A DNA stretch of 64,000 bases from an uncultured Bacteroidota bacterium (lineage in GTDB: Bacteria > Bacteroidota > Bacteroidia > NS11-12g > UBA9320): NCBI GenBank assembly GCA_913050005.1, contig CAJXBI010000001.1, forward strand, positions 90,748 through 154,747, read 5' to 3'. The notes under the pieces are model-generated. The model was not told where the DNA came from. It saw only the letters and a program-made list of their open reading frames with translations, and did no database searches. The translations under genes were made by a program, and so were the position numbers. Shown piece after piece: positions 36,813 to 45,185 of the stretch. The first letter of the stretch is position 1, and every line of letters starts with the position of its first letter.

Positions 36813-37411
36813 TCCTTAGCGAATCAGGTTTTTTTGATAATTTTTTTGATTCTAATACTGAGGATGATTCGGATACACCTAAAGCTAAACAAAGTTTTAA
36901 TATTTCAGAAAATCAAGATAGTCAAGAAGTAGTTCGAATTGGAGGGCTGAAAAACATGATGAAGTCTGTAGGTGTAAAGTCAAAGATTACTGAACTAAGT
37001 TCCGATGATATTCCCAAATCTGAATCCATTAAGAATAGTATGCTTAAGAGTCTTACGTTGGATGAATCAAGGCGTTTGTTCATATCCTATGCTCAGGAGT
37101 TAACTACTCAAAAAAGAACAAGCTTGGCGGCATTTCTTTCGGATCCGTTGCTAAAAATAGGCGATAACAATACTGTCATATTTACCGTAGGTTCTAAAAT
37201 TGTTGAGACTGAAATCAAAGAAGAAGCGGTAAAAATAGTAGCTCATTTTGAGAAAAATGGTTACTCACTCAACAAACTAAACTGTAAAGTAAATGCAAAG
37301 CAAATAAGTGATTATAAAATGTTTACACCCAGACAACAATTTGATTCTTTTGCTGAAAAGTACCCAAAGCTGAATGACTTTGCAGAGCGGTTTTATTTAG
37401 ATTTTGATTGA
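36791..37411 (+). CDS. dnaX: dnaX -1 frame continuation: acidic linker plus tau C-terminal region
   Basis: The frame is open right from the A-tract, with no ATG/GTG/TTG before 36956. The sequence resembles the Bacteroidota DnaX C-terminus. The fused product would be about 560 aa. Confidence 0.6.
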   Translation, partial: KKKSKLIVLSESGFFDNFFDSNTEDDSDTPKAKQSFNISENQDSQEVVRIGGLKNMMKSVGVKSKITELSSDDIPKSESIKNSMLKSLTLDESRRLFISYAQELTTQKRTSLAAFLSDPLLKIGDNNTVIFTVGSKIVETEIKEEAVKIVAHFEKNGYSLNKLNCKVNAKQISDYKMFTPRQQFDSFAEKYPKLNDFAERFYLDFD

Positions 37412-37425
37412 AAAATGCTGAGAAA

Positions 37426-38151
37426 TTAAATACTTGCTTCAACAATCAAGTTCGGTTCAAATACGACATTATGCCAAGTACGAGCAGAACAAAATAAAAT
37501 TAACTTTTGTAAAGTAACGTAATTCCACCAACCAATTCTCCGAATGATCTCGAATATTGGATTTTGGTTTCGAACTAGTCCTCCATGCACACGAGTATTT
37601 AAAAATCCAATACTTTTCAATACTTGAAGTGCTGAGCTTTTATTTAAAAAAGTTTCATGACTAACATCACCGAAGGCGTATAAACTTGTTTGAGGAGCAT
37701 CCATGTTAGGGGTTCTAAGTATTATCTTTCCTCCAGGGTTGAGGCATTTTTTTGCTTTAGATAAAAATCTCATTAGCTCATCTTTTGTGAAATGTTCAAT
37801 TATATCTAGACCAACCAATACATCCACTTTTTCATTTTTATCAAAAAAGTCGTTAATATCACTACAGTAGATATTTTTCATACCAAGTTTGTGAGCTACG
37901 TTTACTTGCTCTTGACTTATGTCATAACCAGATACGTTGGAATAACCTGCATCCAAAGCAGGTTTTATAAATGTACCATACCCACACCCTAAGTCTACTA
38001 TTCTTGCATCCCTATTTTGAGGAAGAAGGTGTATAAGCTCACGTTGATTGTGGCGGGCTTGTTGGTGCAACATAGCCACATGATCAATATTTAATTTATT
38101 GACTTGTGTACTGAAGTAATTATCATAAATGATGTCTCGATAGTTGAGCAT
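37426..38151 (-). CDS. Class I SAM-dependent methyltransferase
   Basis: VDLGCGYGTF motif I, 241 aa. Confidence 0.7.
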   Translation of the reverse strand: MLNYRDIIYDNYFSTQVNKLNIDHVAMLHQQARHNQRELIHLLPQNRDARIVDLGCGYGTFIKPALDAGYSNVSGYDISQEQVNVAHKLGMKNIYCSDINDFFDKNEKVDVLVGLDIIEHFTKDELMRFLSKAKKCLNPGGKIILRTPNMDAPQTSLYAFGDVSHETFLNKSSALQVLKSIGFLNTRVHGGLVRNQNPIFEIIRRIGWWNYVTLQKLILFCSARTWHNVVFEPNLIVEASI

Positions 38152-38169
38152 ATGCTTGCAAACTTATAT

Positions 38170-38177
38170 TATTTTTG
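38170..38177 (+). promoter_or_regulatory. -7 promoter box TATTTTTG upstream of rnhB
   Basis: Exact TAnnTTTG, 4 nt from the ATG at 38182. Confidence 0.45.
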
Positions 38178-38181
38178 CTCG

Positions 38182-38778
38182 ATGCTCAAAAGCTATTTTC
38201 ATAAAAATTTGCTTGAGGCTGGTTGTGATGAGGCTGGAAGAGGTTGCTTAGCAGGTCCTGTTTTTGCAGCTGCAGTAATTCTACCTCCTCGAGTAAGATT
38301 ACCATTGCTCAATGATTCTAAAAAATTATCGTCAGATGTTCGCAATCTTCTTCGAAAGCAAATTGAAGAAAAAGCATTAGCATGGGCTTTGGCAAGCTGT
38401 TCAGAACGTGAAATAGAAAATTATAATATTCTTAATTGTAGTATTCTTGCTATGCAAAGGGCTGTACAGCAATTATATATTCGACCAGAACATCTACTTA
38501 TAGATGGTAATCGATTTAAACCATTTGATTTTTTTAGCTATACCACGATTATCAAAGGTGATGGCAAGTATAAGAGCATTGCTGCTGCTAGTATTTTGGC
38601 AAAAACCCATCGAGATGAGTATATGATTAACTTGAGTAAAAAACATCCTGAATATGACTTTGATAAGCACAAGGGGTATGGTACAAAAAAACATGTACAG
38701 GCTATTCATAAATTAGGCTATTTAGATTGCCACCGAAAGACCTTTCAATTAAAAAACAGTAAATCAAAATCAGGCTGA
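38182..38778 (+). CDS. rnhB: Ribonuclease HII
   Basis: GCDEAGRGCLAGPV motif. I prefer the ATG at 38182, because the longer TTG/ATG starts overlap or abut the divergent gene. Confidence 0.9.
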   Translation: MLKSYFHKNLLEAGCDEAGRGCLAGPVFAAAVILPPRVRLPLLNDSKKLSSDVRNLLRKQIEEKALAWALASCSEREIENYNILNCSILAMQRAVQQLYIRPEHLLIDGNRFKPFDFFSYTTIIKGDGKYKSIAAASILAKTHRDEYMINLSKKHPEYDFDKHKGYGTKKHVQAIHKLGYLDCHRKTFQLKNSKSKSG

Positions 38779-38810
38779 TTTTTTGTTGATAAAAACTAAC
38801 TACTCACTTC

Positions 38811-38818
38811 TACCTTTG
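38811..38818 (+). promoter_or_regulatory. -7 promoter box TACCTTTG upstream of Kv channel gene
   Basis: Exact TAnnTTTG, 8 nt from the ATG at 38827. Confidence 0.45.
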
Positions 38819-38826
38819 AAATTACT

Positions 38827-39654
38827 ATGGTAAATTATCCATCAACTAAAGAACGAGCAGAATTATCTCTTAAAGAAAAATGGCGACTAATCATTTTTGA
38901 ATCAGATACGCAAGAGGGAAGGAGATTTGATATTTTATTATTGTGGGCCATTGTTATAAGTGTTCTGACTCTAATGATAGATTCTGTGCCGATTATTCAT
39001 GAGAGGTATGCCATACAACTAAAATACATTGAATATTTTTTTACAGGTGTATTTACCTTAGAATATTTAGCACGTTTATTGATAACTGAAAATACAAAAA
39101 GTTATGCATTTAGCTTCTGGGGAATCATTGATTTGGTGAGTACCATACCTACATATCTTACTTTCTTTTTTCCAGCCTCACCCTTATTTAGAATTGTAAG
39201 AACGGTTCGCCTTCTAAGAATTTTTAAAGTCCTTAGATTAACACGTTTTATGGGAGAAGCCCAAGGAATGGGAGTAGCCATAAAACGAAGCGGTGCTAAA
39301 ATAACAGTATTTTTTGGGGTCGTTTTAGTTATTGTTGTGGTCATGGGAACAATTATGTATGTGATCGAGCCTCCCGAGGCAGGGTTCACTTCTATTCCCA
39401 GAAGTATATACTGGGCAATAGTAACGTTAACCACTGTGGGTTACGGAGATATTGCTCCAGTGACAGGACTAGGCCAATTTTTGAGTGCGGCACTCATGAT
39501 ATTAGGTTATGCAGTTATTGCAGTACCAACAGGGATTGTAAGTGTAGAAATGGCTCAAACTAATGGTTTTCTTGTTTGTTCTAGTTGTAGTTATCATGAA
39601 AAGGATAAATATTCAAATTATTGTAAAAAATGCGGAACAGCACTAAAGAAGTAG
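38827..39654 (+). CDS. Voltage-gated (6-TM, Kv-type) potassium channel with C-terminal Cys4 zinc-ribbon-like tail
   Basis: S4-like RIVRTVRLLRIFKVLRLTR, selectivity filter TTVGYGD, and tail CSSCSYHEKDKYSNYCKKCG. Confidence 0.8.
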   Translation: MVNYPSTKERAELSLKEKWRLIIFESDTQEGRRFDILLLWAIVISVLTLMIDSVPIIHERYAIQLKYIEYFFTGVFTLEYLARLLITENTKSYAFSFWGIIDLVSTIPTYLTFFFPASPLFRIVRTVRLLRIFKVLRLTRFMGEAQGMGVAIKRSGAKITVFFGVVLVIVVVMGTIMYVIEPPEAGFTSIPRSIYWAIVTLTTVGYGDIAPVTGLGQFLSAALMILGYAVIAVPTGIVSVEMAQTNGFLVCSSCSYHEKDKYSNYCKKCGTALKK

Positions 39655-39782
39655 CAGATTATTATTACAACGAAGAGGGTTATATCGTCTTTACCGAAGC
39701 TTTTCATTCAAAAAGAGGTAAGTGTTGTGGTAATAAATGTTTGCACTGTCCTTACGATCACATTAATGTAAAAAATCGTTAG
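39630..39782 (+). CDS. 50-aa cysteine-rich small protein (DUF5522-like, CCGxxCxxCPY motif); absent from ORF track
   Basis: My own translation: MRNSTKEVADYYYNEEGYIVFTEAFHSKRGKCCGNKCLHCPYDHINVKNR. It overlaps the channel gene 3' end by 25 nt. Confidence 0.6.
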   Translation: MRNSTKEVADYYYNEEGYIVFTEAFHSKRGKCCGNKCLHCPYDHINVKNR

Positions 39783-39785
39783 CAA

Positions 39786-41006
39786 TTAGCTAAAGCGGAT
39801 ACTTTGTGCGGGTTTTATTCGATGAATGATTCTCACAGGTATATATGTGAAAAAAAAGCATACCAATAAAGCACCAAAATTGATAAATAAAAGATCGTCC
39901 CAAGGAAGATAAAAGGGAACAGCATCCATGTAATATGTTTCTGCGTTCAGTTTAATTAATTTGTTTTGATTTTGTAAGTAAGCAAAACCCAAAGCAATTC
40001 CATTACCAATAATAAGACCTGCAAATAAAATAAAACCTCCTTGCCAATTAAATATTGTACCAATTTTTGAAGAATGTGCGCCCATTGACTTAAGAATACC
40101 AATCATTGGTATACGCTCGATAATTAGAATTAATAGTATGGTTATGATGTTGATGATAGCAACAATAAACATGAGAATAATAATTACAAGCACATTGGTA
40201 TCAACAATATCAAGCCATTGGAATATAGCCGGATATAATTCTTGTACGGAATTGACAGCGTAAGTATAGTCGAAATAGGTCTGAAGCTTTCGTTTTATGG
40301 GTAAGGTATATTCAGCTTGTTTTACTTTTACCTCATAACCTGCAGCTTTTGAGTAATTATTACTAACAACACGTTGAACAGATCGTAAATGAGCAATTGC
40401 AAATTGCTTGTCAAATTCATGAAGCCCAGTATTAAAAATACCAGATATTATTGGCATTCTTCGTCTTACATTAGATTGATTAATGAAGAAGAGGTTTACC
40501 CGATCGCCAGTATCAAGATTAAGAATAGATGAGGTATATTCGGATAGCAGAATAGCATATGAGTCAGCAGAATCCGAGTATTGAGGCAATTCTCCTCGAA
40601 TCAAATGTTTTTGATAAAATGAGAAATCATAATTTGCGGGTAATCCTTTAAGTATTATACCTTCAAGGGTAGAGTCTGATTTGAGTATGCCTGCTTTGTT
40701 GATAAATGGAAAAATAGAGGATACATTTTCTTCTTGTTCTATTTTTTGTACCAATTCATGATCGATATCAAATAAGTTTGTTTCAATACCGGTTGCAAGT
40801 TGATAACGACTTACACTGACATCGCCTGCATATCCCTTGACCTTTTCTCGAATTTCTTTTTTGAAACCTAACAAAATTCCAAAAGCCAAAATGACCACAC
40901 AAATACTTATAGATATCGCAGTAATAGCCAATAAAGTGATCGTTTTAGTGAACGAATGTTGGCTTTTAAAGCTTAACTTTTTAGCGATGTGGTATCCTAA
41001 TTGCAT
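39786..41006 (-). CDS. FtsX-family ABC permease, LolE-like (no adjacent ATPase)
   Basis: 406 aa, 1+3 TM architecture with a periplasmic domain. Confidence 0.7.
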   Translation of the reverse strand: MQLGYHIAKKLSFKSQHSFTKTITLLAITAISISICVVILAFGILLGFKKEIREKVKGYAGDVSVSRYQLATGIETNLFDIDHELVQKIEQEENVSSIFPFINKAGILKSDSTLEGIILKGLPANYDFSFYQKHLIRGELPQYSDSADSYAILLSEYTSSILNLDTGDRVNLFFINQSNVRRRMPIISGIFNTGLHEFDKQFAIAHLRSVQRVVSNNYSKAAGYEVKVKQAEYTLPIKRKLQTYFDYTYAVNSVQELYPAIFQWLDIVDTNVLVIIILMFIVAIINIITILLILIIERIPMIGILKSMGAHSSKIGTIFNWQGGFILFAGLIIGNGIALGFAYLQNQNKLIKLNAETYYMDAVPFYLPWDDLLFINFGALLVCFFFTYIPVRIIHRIKPAQSIRFS

Positions 41007-41013
41007 ACTTTTG
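41006..41013 (+). promoter_or_regulatory. -7 promoter box TACTTTTG upstream of DUF1343 gene
   Basis: Exact TAnnTTTG, 22 nt upstream of the ATG at 41036. Confidence 0.45.
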
Positions 41014-41035
41014 ATTTACAAGATTAGAGATAGAA

Positions 41036-42226
41036 ATGAAGAAAACAGAACTTTTTGCTTTTTTGATGATAATTTTCGTTGCGTGCTCGTCAATGGGTGA
41101 GTCTCAAAAAGAAGCAGGGAAAAGTAGAATCATCCTAGGAGCGGAGCAATTAAATCAATATATGTCTCAATTAAAGGGGAAAAGAGTAGCACTTCTTGTT
41201 AATCAAACATCTACTATTGGGTCTGTTCATTTGGTAGATACCCTTCAGTCATTAGGAGTTGATATTCAAAAAGTTTTTGCACCCGAGCATGGATTTCGTG
41301 GCAATTATAGTGCGGGTGCACTTGTGAGCAACGGTATAGACGAAAAGAGTGGTTTACCTGTTGTTTCATTGTATGGTAGAAATAAAAAACCCACACCGCA
41401 GATGTTAGAAAATATTGATGTTGTTATTTTTGATATTCAGGACGTAGGAGTTCGTTTTTATACCTATATATCGACCATGCATTATGTCATGGAGGCTTGT
41501 GCAGAACAAAATAAGAAATTGATCATACTAGATAGACCCAATCCGAATGGTTTTTATGTAGATGGTCCAGTACTAAAAAAAGAGTATTCATCTTTTATCG
41601 GAATGCATCAAATCCCAATTGTTCACGGTCTAACTGTAGGTGAATTAGCATTGATGATTCAAGGCGAAGCTTGGCTTAAAAATAAGGTAAAATGTAATTT
41701 TCAAATCGTACCATGCAAAAATTACACGCATGACAGTTTATACCAATTACCCATCAAACCGTCGCCAAACCTACCCAACATGAACTCAGTATACTTGTAC
41801 CCATATCTCGGTTTGTTTGAGGGTACAAATGTGAGTATTGGAAGAGGTACAGATTTCCCATTTCAAGTTGTTGGGAGGCCAGAATTTAAAGGGAATTATT
41901 TATTTTCACCCCGCAGTATTCCAGGTGTTTCAGATCGTCCAAAACATGAAGGAAAAGAATGTGGTGGTTTCTTGGTTAATGATGTAAATCTACCAGGTTT
42001 TTTTGAACGGCCATCTCTAAATTTAGGTTGGTTTCTGCTTTTTTATGCTAAAAATACCCAAGAAAATGGCCCATATTTTAAAAACTTTATTTATAAACTC
42101 ATTGGAAATTCAACTTTCAAAGATCAGGTAATAGCTGGGCTTTCAGCTCAAGAAATCAAACAAACATGGCAATCAGACTTGGAAGAATACAAAGCTATGA
42201 GAAAAAAATATCTTTTGTATCCATAG
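41036..42226 (+). CDS. DUF1343 family protein (NamZ-like exo-beta-N-acetylmuramidase), lipoprotein
   Basis: Lipobox FVACSS. LVNQTS and FAPEHGFRG motifs. Confidence 0.7.
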   Translation: MKKTELFAFLMIIFVACSSMGESQKEAGKSRIILGAEQLNQYMSQLKGKRVALLVNQTSTIGSVHLVDTLQSLGVDIQKVFAPEHGFRGNYSAGALVSNGIDEKSGLPVVSLYGRNKKPTPQMLENIDVVIFDIQDVGVRFYTYISTMHYVMEACAEQNKKLIILDRPNPNGFYVDGPVLKKEYSSFIGMHQIPIVHGLTVGELALMIQGEAWLKNKVKCNFQIVPCKNYTHDSLYQLPIKPSPNLPNMNSVYLYPYLGLFEGTNVSIGRGTDFPFQVVGRPEFKGNYLFSPRSIPGVSDRPKHEGKECGGFLVNDVNLPGFFERPSLNLGWFLLFYAKNTQENGPYFKNFIYKLIGNSTFKDQVIAGLSAQEIKQTWQSDLEEYKAMRKKYLLYP

Positions 42227-42280
42227 TTGTTGTAAAAATCAAAAAATAACAACATATTTGCACCCCTAAAAAATAGAGGT

Positions 42281-42514
42281 ATGTCTAGAGTTTGTGATCT
42301 AACAGGAAAAAAAGCAATGTCTGGGAACAATGTTTCCCACTCAAAACGTAAAACTAAAAGAAGATTTTACCCAAACCTTCAAACTAAAAAGTTTTACTTG
42401 CCAGAACAAGATGAGTGGATTACACTTAAGGTAAGCACCTCTGCATTGAAAACAATTAACAAGAAGGGTATTAGTGCATGTTTGAATAGTCTATTGAAAA
42501 ACGGAAAGATATAA
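42281..42514 (+). CDS. rpmB: 50S ribosomal protein L28
   Basis: MSRVCDLTGKKAMSGNNVSHSKRKTKRRF. Confidence 0.95.
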   Translation: MSRVCDLTGKKAMSGNNVSHSKRKTKRRFYPNLQTKKFYLPEQDEWITLKVSTSALKTINKKGISACLNSLLKNGKI

Positions 42515-42517
42515 ATC

Positions 42518-42700
42518 ATGGCAAAAAGAGGCAATAGAATACAAGTTATTTTAGAATGTACTGAACAAAAAGGTTCTGGAGTTCCTGGAATGTCACGTTA
42601 CATTACTACTAAAAATAAAAGAAATACAACAGAACGTATTGAACTTAAGAAATATAACCCTTATATGAAAAAAGTTACAGTTCATAAAGAAATAAAGTAA
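42518..42700 (+). CDS. rpmG: 50S ribosomal protein L33
   Basis: [18 protein letters not shown]...YITTKNKRN. Confidence 0.95.
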   Translation: MAKRGNRIQVILECTEQKGSGVPGMSRYITTKNKRNTTERIELKKYNPYMKKVTVHKEIK

Positions 42701-42701
42701 A

Positions 42702-42857
42702 ATGGCAAAGAAAGTAGTAGCAACACTAAAGAAAGCTGGATCTGGTAGAGATTGGGCGAAAGTTATTCGATGTAATAAATCGCCTAAAACTGGTGCTTAT
42801 ACATTTAAAGAAGAAATGATGCCTACGGAATCTGTTAAAGAAGCCTTGGCAAAATAA
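42702..42857 (+). CDS. 51-aa basic small protein (DUF4295-like) co-operonic with rpmB-rpmG; absent from ORF track
   Basis: My own translation: MAKKVVATLKKAGSGRDWAKVIRCNKSPKTGAYTFKEEMMPTESVKEALAK. Its ATG lies 1 nt after the rpmG stop, and the operon terminator follows it. Confidence 0.7.
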   Translation: MAKKVVATLKKAGSGRDWAKVIRCNKSPKTGAYTFKEEMMPTESVKEALAK

Positions 42858-42881
42858 TAATAACGTTATTGTTTTCAAATA

Positions 42882-42915
42882 AAAAGCTTCCTACTTTTGA
42901 TGGGAAGCTTTTTTT
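42882..42915 (+). terminator. Rho-independent terminator of rpmB-rpmG-small ORF operon
   Basis: 10-bp stem AAAAGCTTCC/GGAAGCTTTT with an 11-nt loop and a T-run. Confidence 0.75.
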
Positions 42916-42926
42916 ATTTTATACCC

Positions 42927-43874
42927 ATGGGATTATTAGACTTTTTTAAAAAGAAACCATCTGAAGACCAAAAGGAGAAATTAGATTCTGGTTTAGAGAA
43001 AACTAGAACCTCTTTTATAGGTAAGTTATCAAAAGTAGTTGTTGGAAAAAGTAGAATTGATGATGATTTTTTAGACGATGTTGAAGAGTTGTTAATCTCC
43101 TCTGACGTAGGTGTTGAAACAACGGTCAAGATTATTGACAGAATAGAATCTAGGGTATCGCGCGATAAATATCTTTCAGAATTAGAACTCAAAGAAATGC
43201 TTAAAGATGAAATTGTACAGCTTGTCTCTGAAAATGAAGTTCAGCATACAATTATGGATGTTAAGCCCTATGTAATTATGGTTGTTGGTGTTAATGGTGT
43301 TGGAAAAACAACCACCATTGGTAAATTAGCTAAACTATTTAAATCACAAGGATTAAAAGTGGTATTGGGTGCTGCAGATACATTTAGAGCTGCTGCGGTA
43401 GATCAAATAAAGATTTGGGGAGAGCGAGTAGAGGTTGATGTTGTATCAAAAGGCATGAATACTGATCCTGCCGCCGTTGCATTTGAAGCTGTAAAATATG
43501 GTGCTGATCAAAATGCTGATGTTGTTATTATTGACACTGCCGGACGCCTTCATAATAAAGTTAATTTGATGAATGAACTTTCTAAAATTAAACGTGTGAT
43601 GGATAAGCAAGTAGTTGGAGCTCCGCATGAGGTTATGCTAGTTTTAGATGCAAGTACAGGACAGAATGCATTCGAACAAGCCAAACAATTTACTTCAGCA
43701 ACAGATGTCTCATCTCTAGCACTTACCAAGTTAGACGGCACTGCAAAAGGCGGGGTAGTAATAGGTATTAGTGATCAATTTAAAGTACCCGTAAAATATA
43801 TTGGAGTTGGTGAACAGGTAAACGACCTTCAGCTATTTGATTCCAAAACATTTATTAATTCATTATTCTTATAA
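42927..43874 (+). CDS. ftsY: Signal recognition particle receptor FtsY
   Basis: The ATG at 42927 (MGLLDFFKKK) lies after the terminator. GVNGVGKTTT and DTAGR motifs. Confidence 0.9.
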   Translation: MGLLDFFKKKPSEDQKEKLDSGLEKTRTSFIGKLSKVVVGKSRIDDDFLDDVEELLISSDVGVETTVKIIDRIESRVSRDKYLSELELKEMLKDEIVQLVSENEVQHTIMDVKPYVIMVVGVNGVGKTTTIGKLAKLFKSQGLKVVLGAADTFRAAAVDQIKIWGERVEVDVVSKGMNTDPAAVAFEAVKYGADQNADVVIIDTAGRLHNKVNLMNELSKIKRVMDKQVVGAPHEVMLVLDASTGQNAFEQAKQFTSATDVSSLALTKLDGTAKGGVVIGISDQFKVPVKYIGVGEQVNDLQLFDSKTFINSLFL

Positions 43875-45185
43875 ATGAGGACAAAAAGCTATAAACCCAA
43901 TAAAGTTTCTATTGTAACACTCGGTTGTTCAAAAAATACGGTTGATTCTGAAGTGATTCAATCTCAATTAGAAAATGGAAAAATACATACAGTACATGAG
44001 GATACCAAGAATGCAGATACAGTTATCATCAATACTTGTGGGTTTATTGATAATGCAAAACAAGAAAGTATTGACACAATTCTTGATTTCGCCCAAGAAA
44101 AAAAAGCAGGTAAATTAGACAATTTAATTGTTACTGGATGTTTATCTGAACGATATAAAGCCGATTTATCTCCAGAGATACCAGAAGTTGATAAATGGTA
44201 TGGAACATTTGAGCTACCTCATTTATTAAATAGCCTAGGAGTCGATTATCGTAAAGAATTGATTGGCGAACGAAAGTCCTCTGTAGCCAAGCACTATGCA
44301 TACATGAAAATTTCAGAAGGTTGTGATCGTCCCTGTTCTTTTTGTGCCATTCCCTTAATGAGGGGTAAACATGTTTCTAAACCCATGGAGCAGCTCGTGA
44401 GTGAAGCAAAGGCACTTGTAAGAGATGGTATAAAAGAAATCATGTTGATAGCTCAAGACTCTACATTTTATGGAATTGATCTTTATGGTGAGCGAAAGTT
44501 AGCCGAACTTATGGACAGGCTAAGTGATGTTGAAGGACTTGACTGGATTAGACTTCACTATGCATATCCTTCTAAATTTCCTTTCGATGTATTGCCAATA
44601 ATCAACTCAAAACCCAACATATGTAATTATTTAGATATACCTATACAACATATTTCAGATAATGTACTTAAATCGATGCGAAGAGGAATCACTAAGAGAA
44701 GGACAGAAGAAGTTCTGGACAGAATTCGTTCAGAAGTAGATAATATTGCTTTGAGAACAACACTTCTTGTTGGTCATCCAGGTGAGTCCGATCAAGACTT
44801 TAAGGAGTTAAAAGATTTTGTAAATCGCTATCAATTTAATCGTTTAGGTGTTTTCACTTATTCTCATGAGGACGGAACACATGCAGGGACACTCGAGGAT
44901 CATGTTTCTCAGGAAATAAAATCTGCTCGTGCTGATGAGATTATGGGTATTCAGCATGATATTTCATTTGCTAACAACCAAAAATTAATTGGGTCTACAC
45001 AAAAAGTAATCATAGATAGGATTGAGGGAGATAGTTATATTGGGCGAACACAATTTGATTCTCCAGAGGTAGATAATGAGGTAATTATATCCCTTAACGA
45101 AGGATATTTGAGAGTTGGGGATTTTACAAATGCAACCATCACAGGTGCGGAATCATTTGATTTAATTGGTAAAATTAATATATAG
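43875..45185 (+). CDS. rimO: Ribosomal protein S12 methylthiotransferase RimO
   Basis: TLGCSKN, radical-SAM CDRPCSFC, and a C-terminal TRAM-like region. Confidence 0.85.
   Translation: MRTKSYKPNKVSIVTLGCSKNTVDSEVIQSQLENGKIHTVHEDTKNADTVIINTCGFIDNAKQESIDTILDFAQEKKAGKLDNLIVTGCLSERYKADLSPEIPEVDKWYGTFELPHLLNSLGVDYRKELIGERKSSVAKHYAYMKISEGCDRPCSFCAIPLMRGKHVSKPMEQLVSEAKALVRDGIKEIMLIAQDSTFYGIDLYGERKLAELMDRLSDVEGLDWIRLHYAYPSKFPFDVLPIINSKPNICNYLDIPIQHISDNVLKSMRRGITKRRTEEVLDRIRSEVDNIALRTTLLVGHPGESDQDFKELKDFVNRYQFNRLGVFTYSHEDGTHAGTLEDHVSQEIKSARADEIMGIQHDISFANNQKLIGSTQKVIIDRIEGDSYIGRTQFDSPEVDNEVIISLNEGYLRVGDFTNATITGAESFDLIGKINI

Noticed and set aside
36829-36850. Direct repeat TTTTTTTGAT x2 just after the dnaX zero-frame stop, as a regulatory element or terminator.
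   Set aside because: In the -1 frame it simply encodes the FFD-N-FFD peptide repeat of the linker. No hairpin precedes the T-runs.
36956-37411. 151-aa ORF as an independent gene downstream of dnaX.
   Set aside because: Its frame is open for 165 nt upstream right back to the dnaX A10 tract, and it has no promoter box. The sequence looks like the DnaX tau C-terminus, so I treat it as the -1 frame continuation of dnaX.
38104-38181. Longer rnhB starts (TTG 38104, ATG 38152).
   Set aside because: They overlap or abut the divergent methyltransferase CDS. A -7 box at 38170-38177 sits just before the ATG at 38182.
42897-42926. TTG-extended N-terminus of ftsY.
   Set aside because: The extension lies inside the rpmB-operon terminator hairpin and T-run. 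The ATG at 42927 gives a normal FtsY start.
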